DNA of 63,577 bases, filler included, from Octopus bimaculoides (taxonomy: Eukaryota): NCBI RefSeq assembly GCF_001194135.2. It is 9 parts of 7 records of this genome, joined end to end, with 100 filler letters (N's around TTAATTAATTAA, not from the genome) between each part and the next. Parts side by side here need not be neighbours in the genome. Positions count along the whole stretch, not along the records: positions 11,160 to 18,733 come from NC_068985.1; positions 18,834 to 21,232 come from NC_068996.1; positions 21,333 to 26,252 come from NC_069003.1; 6 more parts are not named here. One strand, 5' to 3'. Below are positions 12,311-26,252 of the stretch, piece by piece. The translations under genes were made by a program, and so were the position numbers. Position 1 is the stretch's first letter. Every line of letters begins with the position of its first letter. The notes beneath the pieces were generated by a model, which was not told the DNA's origin, did no database searches, and worked only from the letters and a program-made list of their open reading frames with translations.

Positions 12311-12541
12311 CAGTAATCCCTTGACTATTGCGGGTGTTACGTTCCAGCCACCACTGCGATAGATGAAAATCCACGAAGTAGAAACAGTGCTGTATATTTT
12401 TAAAATTCTTTTTATAATTTGTACATATTTATTTTATTATAAACGCAAACCAACACCACGGAGGAATCGACGAAGGCTTAAATAATAAACCGCGGTAAGT
12501 AAACCGCGATAGGTGAACCGCGATATGGCGAGGGATTACTG
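12311..12541. mobile_element. pogo/Tigger-type MITE (231 bp) with TA target duplication
   Basis: TA|CAGTAATCCCT at the left end and AGGGATTACTG|TA at the right end; subterminal AACCGCG repeats. Confidence 0.8.
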
Positions 12542-13224
12542 TATAACATTATAAAGTGTTTAATTTTTCAAGTTGTCAACACCTCCTATCTTTAAATAGG
12601 TACCACTGGTTAGTGCAATAACAAATCATCATTCGAGGCCGCATCAGTCCTGCTCATGTAACAAAAGTTTCGGTAGAGTACAATGCTGAGTACAATTTCT
12701 CTGTTCGTGAAGTCTACCTGTGGCACTCCAGTCATATGGTACATGTCTTTCCTCACCTGATTGCTACAAAAACTGAAGACAAGAAGAACCAAAGTACGTC
12801 GATGTGTTTCATAAATTATACTAACGCTACGTCAAGCCAGATAGTAGGATGACAAATGGAATCGTGATAGTTTATCTCTCTCCAGATGTTTTCTGCTGTA
12901 CTTATGGTGGTTAACTTGTTGACATTTTTTTATTTCTGCTTAAATACAATCAACACCATGCATGGTTTCAGTCACATGGCATCATTGCGGTTGAACTGAT
13001 GCATAAAATGTATCTTGTTCAGATTAATCCTTGCGTCAATAGTAGATATAATAAAAGATAAAGTTTTAAAGTTTGGTTTAGAGAAATTATCTTTTTTTTT
13101 CTCAATGAAGTATCGCGAAATTTGCATGGTAAATGCCATTTTAAAAAATATTTGCAAGAAAAGTTCTTGCTTCTCAGGCATAAGGTAGAGATGCAGAGAG
13201 CAAAGTAGAGAGAGAGAGAGAGCG

Positions 13225-13267
<43 letters not shown>

Positions 13268-14539
13268 AGAGAAAGAGAAAGTTAAAGGGGAAGAGACAGA
13301 GATAGGGAAGAAAAGAAACTGGAAAAGGCAAAATATGATGTTTATAGTAGTTTAAAACTAAATTTGAAAAAGGTTAAAAAAGATTTGTTGAAGTTATTAA
13401 ATTTTGAAAATGAATTTAATATGATTATTAAAGTCACTGATAAAGTATTGTTGCTCAAAAATCACTTAATTCTTTCCTAAAATGCCATTCAACAAAACCT
13501 GAGAAAACAAAATACTTTTATTATCCATAATTCTAAATACTGAAAGTAGCAGCATGAACAAAAATAAGCAGCATCAAACGAATTTAGCAAAGACAGTATT
13601 ACTCGTTATTTTTAACAGTTTAATAAGCCTACGGTGTTTTATAAATTCTACGCAAATTGATCTTAAATTAAAGGGCGTTTTTCTGCATTAATTAAAACAA
13701 CAATAGCTAGATTACCTGATTCATGCTTTTAGCATAAATTAGCAAGTACATCACGGAATCTACTCACGCTAGCCAACAAATGATAAGTCATAATATATTT
13801 TGCATATCAGCGAAGAATGCAAAATATTAATGAATCATCCATGAAACCTCATATAGAAATTATCAACTATGATTATATTTGTGCCGTAGTCACTAATATA
13901 ATCATTCATAAATCAACATGGTATTTGCTATCAATCAGCAGAGACTAGATGTTTGAGTATTTATTTGAGTAGTAAGCATAAAATAAAATTTACTTAACAC
14001 TAATTACATGCACCCTGTGCTTTTAATCCAGTCAGTTTCACATAAGTTGAAAACGAAAGAACAGTTAGGTTTATGTGTTCGTTTTGGAAGATTTTGATGT
14101 GAACTCATGTGTTGAAACAGATATTACACTGAAAAGATTCTTACCCACAAACAAGGATTTTTATAATTCTATAATGGGTAAGAATCGAAGCAACTGTATG
14201 TAATTTGTATTTAATATTCCTTATTCATCATTTAATATTCAGTATTTATCATTACTGTAAAAATATAATATAATATTATGTTACTGAATTTGAATTTCAG
14301 AATTGACAATTGTATAACGCCATTTTCTTTTCATTTTTATAAATATAATATAAACCCATGTGAATTGTAAAGTATTTCTCTACAAATTCTCTCTCTGTTT
14401 ATTTCATGGTGTTCCTTTCTGTTGAAAAGCGTAGACTCGAAACGTAAAAGACTTTTTCACATTCCCGAGCGTTAAACTAATACACCTGTCTTCATCTTAT
14501 GTTTTTCTGTAAACTTCAACTACACACACACACACACAC

Positions 14540-14625
<86 letters not shown>

Positions 14626-15100
14626 ATATATATATATACATACATATATATTTATATGCATGCTCACTTCATAAACATTAAACATTCACGTATACAAATG
14701 CGCACACTAAGACACAAATACATACATATATGTATGCATGCCTGTACGTACGTACGTATGAATGTAAGTATGCATGTATGGATGGATGGATGGAAAGATG
14801 GATGGATGGATGGGTGGATGGATATGTAGTGTAACCGTAGCGGTGTACACAATTTATATAGTAATAATGTAAAGTTGACAAAACTTAGGGAGAAGCAATA
14901 TATTTAATAAATTATTAATTCTAAGTGATTTCTTCCCGGTTGAAGGAAGAGCCTTTTTCTTATATCTGGAGTAGACAAAAGCCGACAACTGATGAATGGT
15001 CGTTCTTTATGTTTGTTTTGTTTTCCATTTGTTTCTCTCGTTGTTTGCAAATTTTCTTTTCGTATTTCATGTTGTTTACATTTTATGATATCCTGTACCC

Positions 15101-15196
<96 letters not shown>

Positions 15197-15836
15197 ATAT
15201 ATNNNNNNNNNNNNNNNNNNNNNNNNNNNNNNNNNNNNNNNNNNNNNNNNNNNNNNNNNNNNNNNNNNNNNNNNNNNNNNNNNNNNNNNNNNNNNNNNNN
15301 NNNNNNNNNNNNNNNNNNNNNNNNNNNNNNNNNNNNNNNNNNNNNNNNNNNNNNNNNNNNNNNNNNNNNNNNNNNNNNNNNNNNNNNNNNNNNNNNNNNN
15401 NNNNNNNNNNNNNNNNNNNNNNNNNNNNNNNNNNNNNNNNNNNNNNNNNNNNNNNNNNNNNNNNNNNNNNNNNNNNNNNNNNNNNNNNNNNNNNNNNNNN
15501 NNNNNNNNNNNNNNNNNNNNNNNNNNNNNNNNNNNNNNNNNNNNNNNNNNNNNNNNNNNNNNNNNNNNNNNNNNNNNNNNNNNNNNNNNNNNNNNNNNNN
15601 NNNNNNNNNNNNNNNNNNNNNNNNNNNNNNNNNNNNNNNNNNNNNNNNNNNNNNNNNNNNNNNNNNNNNNNNNNNNNNNNNNNNNNNNNNNNNNNNNNNN
15701 NNNNNNNNNNNNNNNNNNNNNNNNNNNNNNNNNNNNNNNNNNNNNNNNNNNNNNNNNNNNNNNNNNNNNNNNNNNNNNNNNNNNNNNNNNNNNNNNNNNN
15801 NNNNNNNNNNNNNNNNNNNNNNNNNNNNNNNNNNNN

Positions 15837-15878
<42 letters not shown>

Positions 15879-16899
15879 GTATGTATACGTATATTATATT
15901 GAAAGCGTTAAGAGGTTTGAAAACGTTTTACATGCGTAAGTTTATATTAGAAAGCAAAAAGTGGAAAATGCTTTGAAACATTATGATAGATAAGAGAACA
16001 AACGTACTTTAATATTCAGCAATTTGTGCTACGAGTGACAATCACTTAAATAGAAATTTTTGTGAAACTGAAATAAAAGGGGAAATATATTGACATGAAT
16101 TTATCTTGCATGCCAAAAATTCCCTAAGTTCATATAGTTTTATTACAATAATCACATGCTGGTCAAATTTCCTTTCCTTCCGATTGTTGCAATGTCGTAG
16201 TAGTTGCAGGAGTAGGAGGAATGTTTCTGAGTTGTAGTAACGGCTTCAAGATTAACTCTTAATTGATGTAGTGATCATGGTTGTCTTACTCTAGCAAGTA
16301 GCTGTACAAGTAGTGGCGGCTTCTGCAAAAGCTGTAGCAGGGTTGGCGGCAGTTGTCTCACTTTCTCTTCGACAGGTATTTTTGAAGTGGTCGGTATTTA
16401 GTTATGAAGGTTGCATTTTGTTGTAGGCTTGCTGTTCTTTTATGTAGTCGTTAAATTCATATAAGTAGAAAAAAAAATGCAGCATTTCCTCCCGAAAAGG
16501 TGATGGATGTGTGAATTGGTACTGAAGCATGCGCAATGTATTACGTAATTTACGTCTTTTCCTCTAAAATCTTGTTTCAAGATTTCTCATTAAAATTGTT
16601 CCAAACACTAGAGAATTCATATCTCAGGAAAGTATCACAAGTAAGAAAATATATAATGAATAAAATTATGATAGTTTCTATGAATTAATAAACACAGATA
16701 ACCATAAATTTACAGACGCCGAGAAAAATAATGTGGAAAGATTTTTAAGTTGAATATATACATCAGAAATATATATAATTTCGAATACGTATGTGCTTCA
16801 ACGAATAATCACTCTCTCTCTCTCACACACACACAGCGACAGACACACTCACATACACACATGTATAAAGGCAAAATTAATAGAGGTCGTAAAGGTGAC

Positions 16900-17235
16900 A
16901 CACCTAGTGACAGAGCTGGAAAAGTTTGAAAAATACCACTAAAAGATCAACTTGCACGAACGTGTTCAATGAAGAAAGTAACTGTCATCCTAGTAGCTGG
17001 GAGCATTAACAACTAGATTTTGGGAAACTAGAGTGACATGAGGATAGGGCATGCTCAAAACCTGCTTTATTAGGAACAGTGAGGATTTTGGAATTGGGAC
17101 ATGGGTATTAAGTATCTTGGAAAGTGACCCTGTGAGGCCTTTCACAGCAAGTTCTTGTCCGCTCTTATGAATTTACCGGAGCGAGTGAAGTCAAGACCTC
17201 TGAAGAGTGAAATGGAAATAATAATGATAATAATA
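16900..17235 (+). mobile_element. R4/Dong-like extreme 3' end
   Basis: IGHAQ.PALLGTVRIL-like C-terminus, short UTR, ends in ATAATAATGATAATAATAAT. Confidence 0.55.
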
Positions 17236-18427
17236 ATTTTTTAAAATCTATTTATTCATTAATTTATTTGTTAATGATGATGATAACAACATAATTCAAG
17301 GTTAAAATGAGAATGCGTACTTTGGAATAATATCAGGAGAAAAAACTTTTCGAAATTGGAGAGTACAAAACTTGTGTATGCAAGAAACAAATGCAACGAT
17401 ATCCGAGGGAAATTTAACCGACAAACACTTGAAAATATAATAGAAGCTACATATATGGACAAATCAGCAAAGTGCTAATATTTTATATTATATTTTGTTG
17501 CTACAAAAGCAGTAAAATGAAACTACATTAAAATCCTCGTGCAGGAACAATCTGGGGAGAATCTAAACAGAAACACTCTAAATATGACACTGACTTGCTG
17601 TATATTTAATATAATATACATTCTGAAAACGAGACGGACATCGAGAATGTCAGAGGCCGGTGGGGCTGGCATAATCATTAGAACGCTGAACTGATTGTCA
17701 GTATTTCTTCTGGCATTTTATGGTCAAATTCCGAGTTCGACTTTGACTTTCATTCTTCCGGGATTAGTAAAAAAAAAGAAAAAAAAAAGAAGTAAACATT
17801 TAATATTNNNNNNNNNNNNNNNNNNNNNNNNNNNNNNNNNNNNNNNNNNNNNNNNNNNNNNNNNNNNNNNNNNNNNNNNNNNNNNNNNNNNNNNNNNNNN
17901 NNNNNNNGCATGGCCGCAGCTCTAAGCTGAAACTTAAAATATATATATATATATATAGGCTGTATTAAATCTCTGAGCGATATATACATATATACGTTTG
18001 ATTTCTTTCATTTACTTGTCTTTGACGATTCATCAACGCGTTAGATTAATCCTTTGTATAAAGATCACCTGTTTGGCCTGTTTTACTTCTTTTCAACTGT
18101 TTGGATTATAAAGTAGAATGTATGGTATTTATAACTGCCATGCTCACAGTAACACACATATGAGTTTACATGCAGCATTTTGGCAGTGACAGAGCACAAC
18201 TTTTCGTCTTATTTTTCAAAAAATATTCGCAGCTTTTTATTGGTTGGGTTTTCTGGTATTTTTTTCCTAACAAATAATCTATCGTTCATCGCTCCGGATT
18301 CGCTGATATTTATTACAAGTCAAATACAGTGCCTTCAAGTATTCCCTCCCCCAAATTTCCAGACTTGTGCTTATGTTACTGACAATTATTACAAATAAAA
18401 AAAAATGTCATTATTATTATTGTTTTC

Positions 18428-18628
18428 AAATTTTGGTACAAGCCAGCCTATTTCGAGGAAGTGGGTAAGTGGATTACCTCGAACCCAGTGCTGAAGTGAA
18501 ACTTATTTTATCAAAAGATGAAAGGCAAATGCGACCTTGGTGAAATTTGAACTCAGAATGTAAAGACAGACGAAATGCTATTAAGCATTTTGCCCGGCGT
18601 GCTAACGTTTCTGCCAACTCACCAACTT
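18428..18628 (-). mobile_element. Family-A SINE copy, followed by a 3' piece of family C (18645-18710, +)
   Basis: GATGAAAGGCAAATGCGACCTTGGTGAAATTTGAACTCAGAA...GCTAACGTTTCTGCCAACTCACC. Confidence 0.8.
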
Positions 18629-19149
18629 AATGTCGTTAATAACATTGCTTCCGACCAAAGCCTTGCGAGTGGATTTGGTAGACGGTAACTGAAACAAGCC
18701 CGTCGTATATATGCATATATGTATGTATATATANNNNNNNNNNNNNNNNNNNNNNNNNNNNNNNNNNNNNNNNNNNNTTAATTAATTAANNNNNNNNNNN
18801 NNNNNNNNNNNNNNNNNNNNNNNNNNNNNNNNNAAACTTAACTTCAAACTTCATTTGTTTTCTATTTTGATAAATTCTCTCTGTTGAAAATTATATTTTT
18901 ATATTTTAAATAATTTGCAATTTCAGGAAATATGTTTTTATATTAAATTTGTGTTTTCTAATAATTGATAGATAGATACATAGTAGATAGATATTAGTAA
19001 GTAAGTAAGCCAAAGTATCAACTCAAACCAGCAGACAGACAGACAGACAGATAGCTCAGCAGGCAAGCAGGCAGACAGGCAAGCAGGCTGACAGACCAGC
19101 AACAGGCATGCAGGCAGACAGGCAGACAGACAGCGACTACTTTCACTTC

Positions 19150-20701
19150 TGACATCTAATAGCGTGATAGTGCCAATAATTTTCACATAAGTAGCAAGCA
19201 GAGTATCGGCCTGTAATTGTCTAATGTATTGCCTATTTCAATGTTTTTAAAGCTCAGCACTGTCCTACCCATTGTCAACCACCCTGGTGTTACTTGGTCT
19301 ACATTTAATAAGGTGTCGAATTGTACAGCTATTCGAGCATGACATTCACCAAATTGTTTTTGTCCTGTAGCCTTGAACTCGATCTGGTCCCGTGGCCTTC
19401 CAGTTGCCCATTTTTGTTGCTGATTTTCTTCACTTCCCTAACTGAAATGGCTAGTTCTGCCTGCTTTGGACAGACTACTGTTTGTTTCAGTTCTTGCAGC
19501 CATTCAGCATCCTTCTCGTGCGCTTTGTCTTTGCTCCAGATGTCACTACAAAACCTTTGACTTTCAATGTTATCTGGTATCAACTTTTCATCTATACACT
19601 CTCCGTTTATTTCTTTGTAGAATCTGATCTACTCTGAACAACCGATTCTGCTAGTATCCCTTCATTCTTTGGTCGTATCTTACCATCTTTGATTTCTTTG
19701 CAATGAGACGCTGTTTCAGTTCCTCCATTAGCACTTTCGGGTCTTTTCTTTCAATATCATACTTCCTGTTCAGTAATCTGTATTTTTGTTCGCTTTTAAA
19801 CTACCACCTTCTCTTTTCAGTCTAACAAAGACATGTCTTTCGAGAGCATATCTAACCCCGCCTGTATTCTTCTTTTCCACAATGGATCTTTTCTTTTGTC
19901 ACTCACATTATATTGCTTTTTCTTGACATCAACACCCACGTTTTCTCCTACGCCAATACTTGCTGCCTTGATTAAATTATTTGTTTCTGTGATGTTTTTG
20001 TTCTAATGTATTTCAGAATTTCATTCCCCTTTTTACGTTTCTTGGTTCAATTTCCACCGATCAACCCTTTTAAGGTTGCAAATAATGTCGCTATCATTCT
20101 CCTGTAGCCTTGTCTTTATTCTGTCGTAGATTGCCTTTTGTCTATCTGTCATGTTACCATTAGTTTTATTGTCTTTTTCCAAACCATCTGTATGTCTCTC
20201 ATCGAGCAAGCTATCACTGTTCCTTTCCTGTGATTTATTAGAGATTTCACTTCTGTTTTCTGCTGTGAGATTACTTTTATCAGTAGTAACTGTATTTTCA
20301 TCGTTTCCTCAGCTGCTGTTTTCCAATAACCGTCTTTTGATAGCTTCAAGCTCTACTTCTGTGAACCAACGATTTTCTCTTAGTGCTCTAGTTTGATCAC
20401 TTAATCTCTGTTCCGTGAGTTGAAATAACCATCTTTCTCTCCATTGATCATACATACGTTGTCGGTCTCCCCTCAGATGAACACCATTTTCGTCTACAGG
20501 TTGGCTCACGTAGTAACATTCCATGACCACAGCATTGATTTGTTTGTTCCATCTACGCTGTGTATGCTGGTTCATTGCTGGATAACGACAGGCTGGAGTG
20601 GGACCAGTATCTCTGAGCCTGTCAGGTGTGATACTGTCACCATCAAGGGCTTCTGTTTCATTACCACCGTTATTCACAATATTTTGTTTTTTCATTGTCA
20701 C
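19150..20701 (-). mobile_element. R4/Dong-like retrotransposon 5' half (N-terminal domain to RT start), frameshifted
   Basis: VVMECYYVSQP...RQRMYDQWRERWLFQLTEQRLSDQ..ALRENRWFTEVELEAIKR; IWSKDKAHEKDAEWLQEL; NWKATGPD; WLTMGRTVL...NYRPILCL. Confidence 0.88.
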
Positions 20702-20966
20702 TCATATGAGGTAGCGATTATCAGCTAGCACAGTTACCTGTGTTTTTATTGTGACACCATCACTAAATGTATCATTAATCAGGATATGGAGTGATTCCAG
20801 CCGCTTCCTTTCATTATTATTATTATTATTATTATCATCACTGATATTATTTTCATTCTTTTTACTATTTGTTATTGTTAATATTCCCTCTGATCCGACA
20901 TGAGTTTTGGCTAAATTATTATTATTATCATTATTACCACCACCACCACCATTACTATTATTATTA

Positions 20967-21002
<36 letters not shown>

Positions 21003-21003
<1 letters not shown>

Positions 21004-21220
21004 AGCGGCGAGCTGGCAGAATCGTTAGTACGCCGGGCAAAATGCTGAGCGGTATTTCTCCCGTTGCTACGTTTCCAAGTTCCGCCGAGGTCGTCTTTCA
21101 TCCTTTCGGGGTCGATAAATTATGTACCAGGTGAGTACTGGAACCGATGTAATCGACTTAACCTCTACCCCACCCCCCAAAATTTCAGGCCTTGTGCTTA
21201 TAGTAGAAAGGATTATTATT
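21003..21220 (+). mobile_element. Full-length family-A SINE (tail A) inside an ATT tract
   Basis: GCGGCGAGCTGGCAGAATCGTTAG head, CTTTCATCCTTTCGGGGTCGATAAA body, tail AATTTCAGGCCTTGTGCTTATAGTAGAAAGGATTATTATT. Confidence 0.85.
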
Positions 21221-22293
21221 GTTGTTGTTGTTNNNNNNNNNNNNNNNNNNNNNNNNNNNNNNNNNNNNNNNNNNNNTTAATTAATTAANNNNNNNNNNNN
21301 NNNNNNNNNNNNNNNNNNNNNNNNNNNNNNNNGTGTGTGTGTGTGTGTGTGTGTGTAAAATGTTGTTGGGAATATTTATCACTAAAGTATGGTAAGCCAC
21401 TCCGCTATTAAGCAAAGTCTGTCATTAGCCAAGGCAGGTCATGCAATTCATATACAGCGAAGGGGAAAATATCATATCAAGTCTTTTCGATAGCTAGATA
21501 GCTATAGTGTAAGGGAAATCACCTAGTCCTGACTTGTGCGATGTTGCTGGCTGTTTTAGAATCCAGAACTTGTCAGCTGCAGTTTCCAGCTTCTTTGAAG
21601 TAAGGAATAACTTATCACAATCCCCCGTGATTTGAAATTATTCTACTAGAATACTTTCGATGGGTCTCTGAATTGTCCTCGTTCTGAATGAGTGTAACTG
21701 TTGGTTATCCCTACACTCGAATGTATTCGCGGTGTAATTTCTTTCTATACCATTCAAGGATGTTACAAAAGCTGTGTATATTATCCTACTTTATAGACTG
21801 CTAACCGAACGATCCATGTAATTACGAGTTAGTTGTTGGAGTAGTAGCTCTTTAGGTGTATATTTTAGGTTGTGTCGTGTGACCTGAGAAGGCATTCAGG
21901 AGTAAAAGTTAGCCATCGTTAAATTGGTGCTAAAGGTTAAATTTAAATTAAGTTCTTTGAATATTTCTATTAGATAGTTTTCAACTCTGCCTAACGTGTG
22001 CCGCATGTTAAACGACATTGCTAATGCTTTATGTCAGCAAATTTTCTTCGGCTTGGCCACGTCGATATATCATACGCGGACACATACTGAGTTGGATTAT
22101 AACAGCTACTTTCATAAATATATATANNNNNNNNNNNNNNNNNNNNNNNNNNNNNNNNNNNNNNNNNNNNNNNNNNNNNNNNNNNNNNNNNNNNNNNNNN
22201 NNNNNNNNNNNNNNNNNNNNNNNNNNNNNNNNNNNNNNNNNNNNNNNNNNNNNNNNNNNNNNNNNNNNNNNNNNNNNNNNNNNNNNNNNNNNN

Positions 22294-22321
<28 letters not shown>

Positions 22322-22324
<3 letters not shown>

Positions 22325-22478
22325 CGCAAACATGGCTATGTGAGAAGAAGGTTGCTCCCCAACCATATGGTTCTCAATTTCAGTTCCACAGCGTGACACC
22401 TTGGGCAAGCGCCTCCTACGAATAGCCGCGACTTCACCAAAGAACTATGAGTGGATTTGGTTGAAAGAAGCCCGTTGT
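22322..22478 (+). mobile_element. CORE-type tRNA SINE (family C) 5' half; other pieces at 45808-46050 (+), 46143-46278 (-), 47862-47995, 50192-50281 (+)
   Basis: GGCGCAAACATGGCTATGTG head; GTGACACCTTGGGCAAG resembles the CORE motif GTGACCTTGGGCAAGT; GAGTGGATTTGG body. Confidence 0.75.
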
Positions 22479-22973
22479 GTATGTGTGTTTGTTTGTGTGT
22501 GTATGGGAGAAAGGAACACAGAATGAAACAAGAAGAGAAACAAGGAGAGAAAAAATATGTGTAGTGGTCAGCGATGTATGTCTCTTCTATTTTTTAATTA
22601 TTATAAATCTTCCACTGAGGAGCGAGCCGGATTCCAACAAAGATACAAGGGTCCATCTTTGGGTTTAGGTTAACACAGACAAATTAACATTTCGAACTTG
22701 AGAAAGGTCTTGCATACTTTTACTGTTCCACTCACAGATTGCACTTGTCATGTATGTATGTACTATACACATCAATGGCAACAAACTGGATGAATAATGC
22801 TCAATAACAGCTTAACATTCAGATCAGATCCTTCATCGACTGAACAAATATCATTTGGGAACAAACTCTACTGACAAGAAACCTAAGGTATCAGACCGCG
22901 ATTGTAACTTATATAATAAATTGATAAATATTTGTATGTACGTTTGTGATTGTCTATGAGCACATTTGTATAA

Positions 22974-23018
<45 letters not shown>

Positions 23019-23479
23019 AGAGAGACAGAGAGACAGAGAGAAAATATTCCTACCAATAGATCACGAGAACTACCTCATTCTAGTCGTTGAATATTCCACA
23101 GTAACTTGTACCTTTAACATAAATTGCCAAACAGATCACAGGTATGCTTAATCAGGATTGACTTGTGGCTGATAAACAACAACAACAACAACAACAACTT
23201 GAACTGTGGCAATGACAGAATACAAGAAACACATTGTATAAGATGACAGAGTAGGGGAGAGAGTGAGGGAGAGCGTGTCGGAGGCGGAGAACTGGTTGAA
23301 AACGAACCTACTGTGGATTGAATAAGACATTCCTTTTTGTCTATAACACGCATGACTGAGAACGAGAGAGCGGCACCGGAGTGTAGCGGACGCGGGGAGG
23401 GGGTAGGTATAAGAAAGGTAATTTGCTCCACTATCAGTTTCTTCCAAGCAGTTTCAATTTCCCCTTCGTTTTGAGTCGA

Positions 23480-23756
23480 TGTCTGCGTATTTGTCTGTCT
23501 GTCTGTCTGTGTGTCAGCGTGAATTTTGCCTACGCGTTTGTCTGTCAGTCAGTCTGTCGACTTCCGGTCCCTTAATCTGTGCGTATGCATGTCAATCTGT
23601 CTTATGTGTGAATGTATGCATGTATGTGGTAATTTGGTTAATGTATGTGTGCGCATATATGTATGTGGGATATGTGTGTGTATGTGTGTATGTGCGTGTC
23701 AATGTGTCTCATATGTGCGTGTGTCAAATGTATAAGTACGAATGTGTGTATAGATA

Positions 23757-23818
<62 letters not shown>

Positions 23819-24003
23819 TGTGAGTAAGTGTGTTTTGTGTGTGTGTGTATTTGTATGTGTACACGGATATATGTATATAAACGTATATATATAAATGTAT
23901 ATATGTGTATATACGTATATACGTATACACGTATGCATATATGCATATATGTATATATGTATTTATATACGTATGTACATATATATAGAGGTATGTATAT
24001 GTG

Positions 24004-24065
<62 letters not shown>

Positions 24066-24130
24066 TCTATGTATATATGTAGGCATGTGTGTACGTACGT
24101 ATGTATGCGTGTGTGTATCTCTTTCCCGCT
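23480..24130. repeat. Long alternating purine/pyrimidine (GT/AT/AC) compound microsatellite
   Basis: Direct reading; similar blocks at 14520-14830, 26390-26690, 40200-40430, 42370-42960, 45460-45680, 49200-49330. Confidence 0.95.
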
Positions 24131-24209
24131 TCACTGGTACACTGACTACAAGAAATGCATTTTTCACGGTGTGCGTGAAAAAATAAATTGGTCACACAAC
24201 TACTAATTA

Positions 24210-24497
24210 CATCTACCACTACTACTACTACTACTACTACCGCCAACACAAATTCCACCACCACCACCACCACCACCACAACCACTACTACAACTGCTGT
24301 CCCCACCACCTCGTTACTGTTACCATCACCACTACTATCACAACTACTACCACCACCACCACCATTACTACCAATATTACTATCATCATCATCACAACCA
24401 CCATCACCACCGCCGCCATCACCACCACCACCATCATCTCTAAATACTACCATTACATCTAGGACCACTACAACACTATAGTTACTACTACTACTAC

Positions 24498-24545
<48 letters not shown>

Positions 24546-24800
24546 TAATAATAACAACAACACCGCCATGCCAACCACTACCACCGCTTCCATCATTACG
24601 TCTACTACCACTCTGACACTAATACTACTATACTTACTTCTACCACTACTACTACTACTTCTACTACTACTACTTCTACTACTACTACCACTACCAACTA
24701 CGCTTGTGCGACAACCATTACAAACACCACCACCACCACCACCAGCACCACCACCATTGCTCCCGCCTTCCACTATAACCACCTCCACCACTACCAGTCA
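24210..24800. repeat. About 600-bp compound trinucleotide region (CAC/TAC/CAT/AAT/AAC)
   Basis: Direct reading. Confidence 0.95.
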
Positions 24801-25091
24801 TTACCACTGCCGTAAACAAATCTTGGGCCGAAACGATTTTTTGCGCTTCAATAGATTTTGCGGTCAAAATATTATTCGCTCTACTGTCTCCATCCCAATC
24901 TCTTTCTCTCTCTCTCTGTCCCTCCCTCTCTCTCTTTTTCTCTGTCTTTCTCTCCCTTTCTCATTCTCTTCTCTCTCTCTCTTTCTTTTCCTTTCTCTCT
25001 TTTTCACTCCCATCTACACTTTCGTTCTAGCCTACACACTAACTCTAACATACATACATATCTATGTTGTGTGTGTGTGTGTGTGCGTGCG

Positions 25092-25129
<38 letters not shown>

Positions 25130-25336
25130 GGATTCTTTCAGTTTCCGTCTGTCAGNNNNNNNNNNCCTCCCTCTCTCTCTTTTTCTCTGTCTTTCTCTCC
25201 CTTTCTCATTCTCTTCTCTCTCTCTCTTTCTTTTCCTTTCTCTCTTTTTCACTCCCATCTACACTTTCGTTCTAGCCTACACACTAACTCTAACATACAT
25301 ACATATCTATGTTGTGTGTGTGTGTGTGTGCGTGCG

Positions 25337-25372
<36 letters not shown>

Positions 25373-25409
25373 GGATTCTTTCAGTTTCCGTCTGTCAGTT
25401 TCCGTCTGT

Positions 25410-25705
25410 CAAACCCCTAAAAAATCTCCACGAGGCTCCGGCAGGGGATGGTGGAGAACCCTGCTGTACTCTTTCACCACAACTTCCTCTCACTCTTTCT
25501 TCCTGTTTCTGTTGTGCCTGTAATTCCAAAGGGCCAGCCTTGTCACACTGTGTCACGCTGAATATCCCCCGAGAACTACGTTAAGGGTACACGTGTCTGT
25601 GGAGTGCTCAGCCACTTGCACGTTAATTTCACGAGCAGGCTGTTCCGTTGATCGGGATCAAATGGAACTCTGGACGTCGTAAGCGACGGAATGCCAACAA
25701 CAACA
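25410..25705 (+). mobile_element. 5'-truncated family-B SINE fused to a family-C piece in opposite orientation
   Basis: CTCCACGAGGCTCCGGCAGGGGATGGTGG...GAACTACGTTAAGGGTACACGTGTCTGTGGAGTGCTCAGCC...CGTAAGCGACGGAATGCCAACAACAAC; near-identical to 52450-52730. Confidence 0.85.
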
Positions 25706-26214
25706 ATTTCTTACATAAAAATAATAATATATACATAAATAAAATATCAGAAATAAATAATTCAGAACAAAATAAATACAAAAGGAAATAAAAGTAAGCA
25801 AATAACTGGTGTTGCTCATACACTCCTCTCCATACACTTTCTGCAACTTTGTGCAGGCCTCTGGATAGGTATCACCATGGAAACTCTCTCTCTGTCATGG
25901 TCAATGCAACGATCACACGCTACACACGTTATTTCCAAGCACTAGAATGTTAAAACTTAGCGCACGTGCACAGCGGAGGTCAAGGCAAGGTCAATCTGTG
26001 CCAGGTGGCTTCACTGTGCATGCTTTAACTTCGTTACTATGGCAACAGTCTGAATACTTATTGATCAGACCTCGTGCATTTGCACTTACAAATTTCGATA
26101 TATAAGTATATTTATCTATATGTCTATCTCTCTCTCTCCCTCTCTATGCACGTATGTATGTTTATACACATTCACACACATACACACACACACACTCAGA
26201 CTCTCTCACACACA

Positions 26215-26252
<38 letters not shown>

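Noticed and set aside
24921-25398. About 235-bp tandem duplication around a 10-N gap
   Set aside because: Essentially identical copies meeting at a minimal gap: unmerged overlapping contig ends.
24067-25523. Poly-Thr/Leu/Pro/Gly and His-rich ORFs (also 48126-48861, 58181-58588, 60579-60928)
   Set aside because: Translations of trinucleotide repeats that are open in several frames on both strands; no domain.
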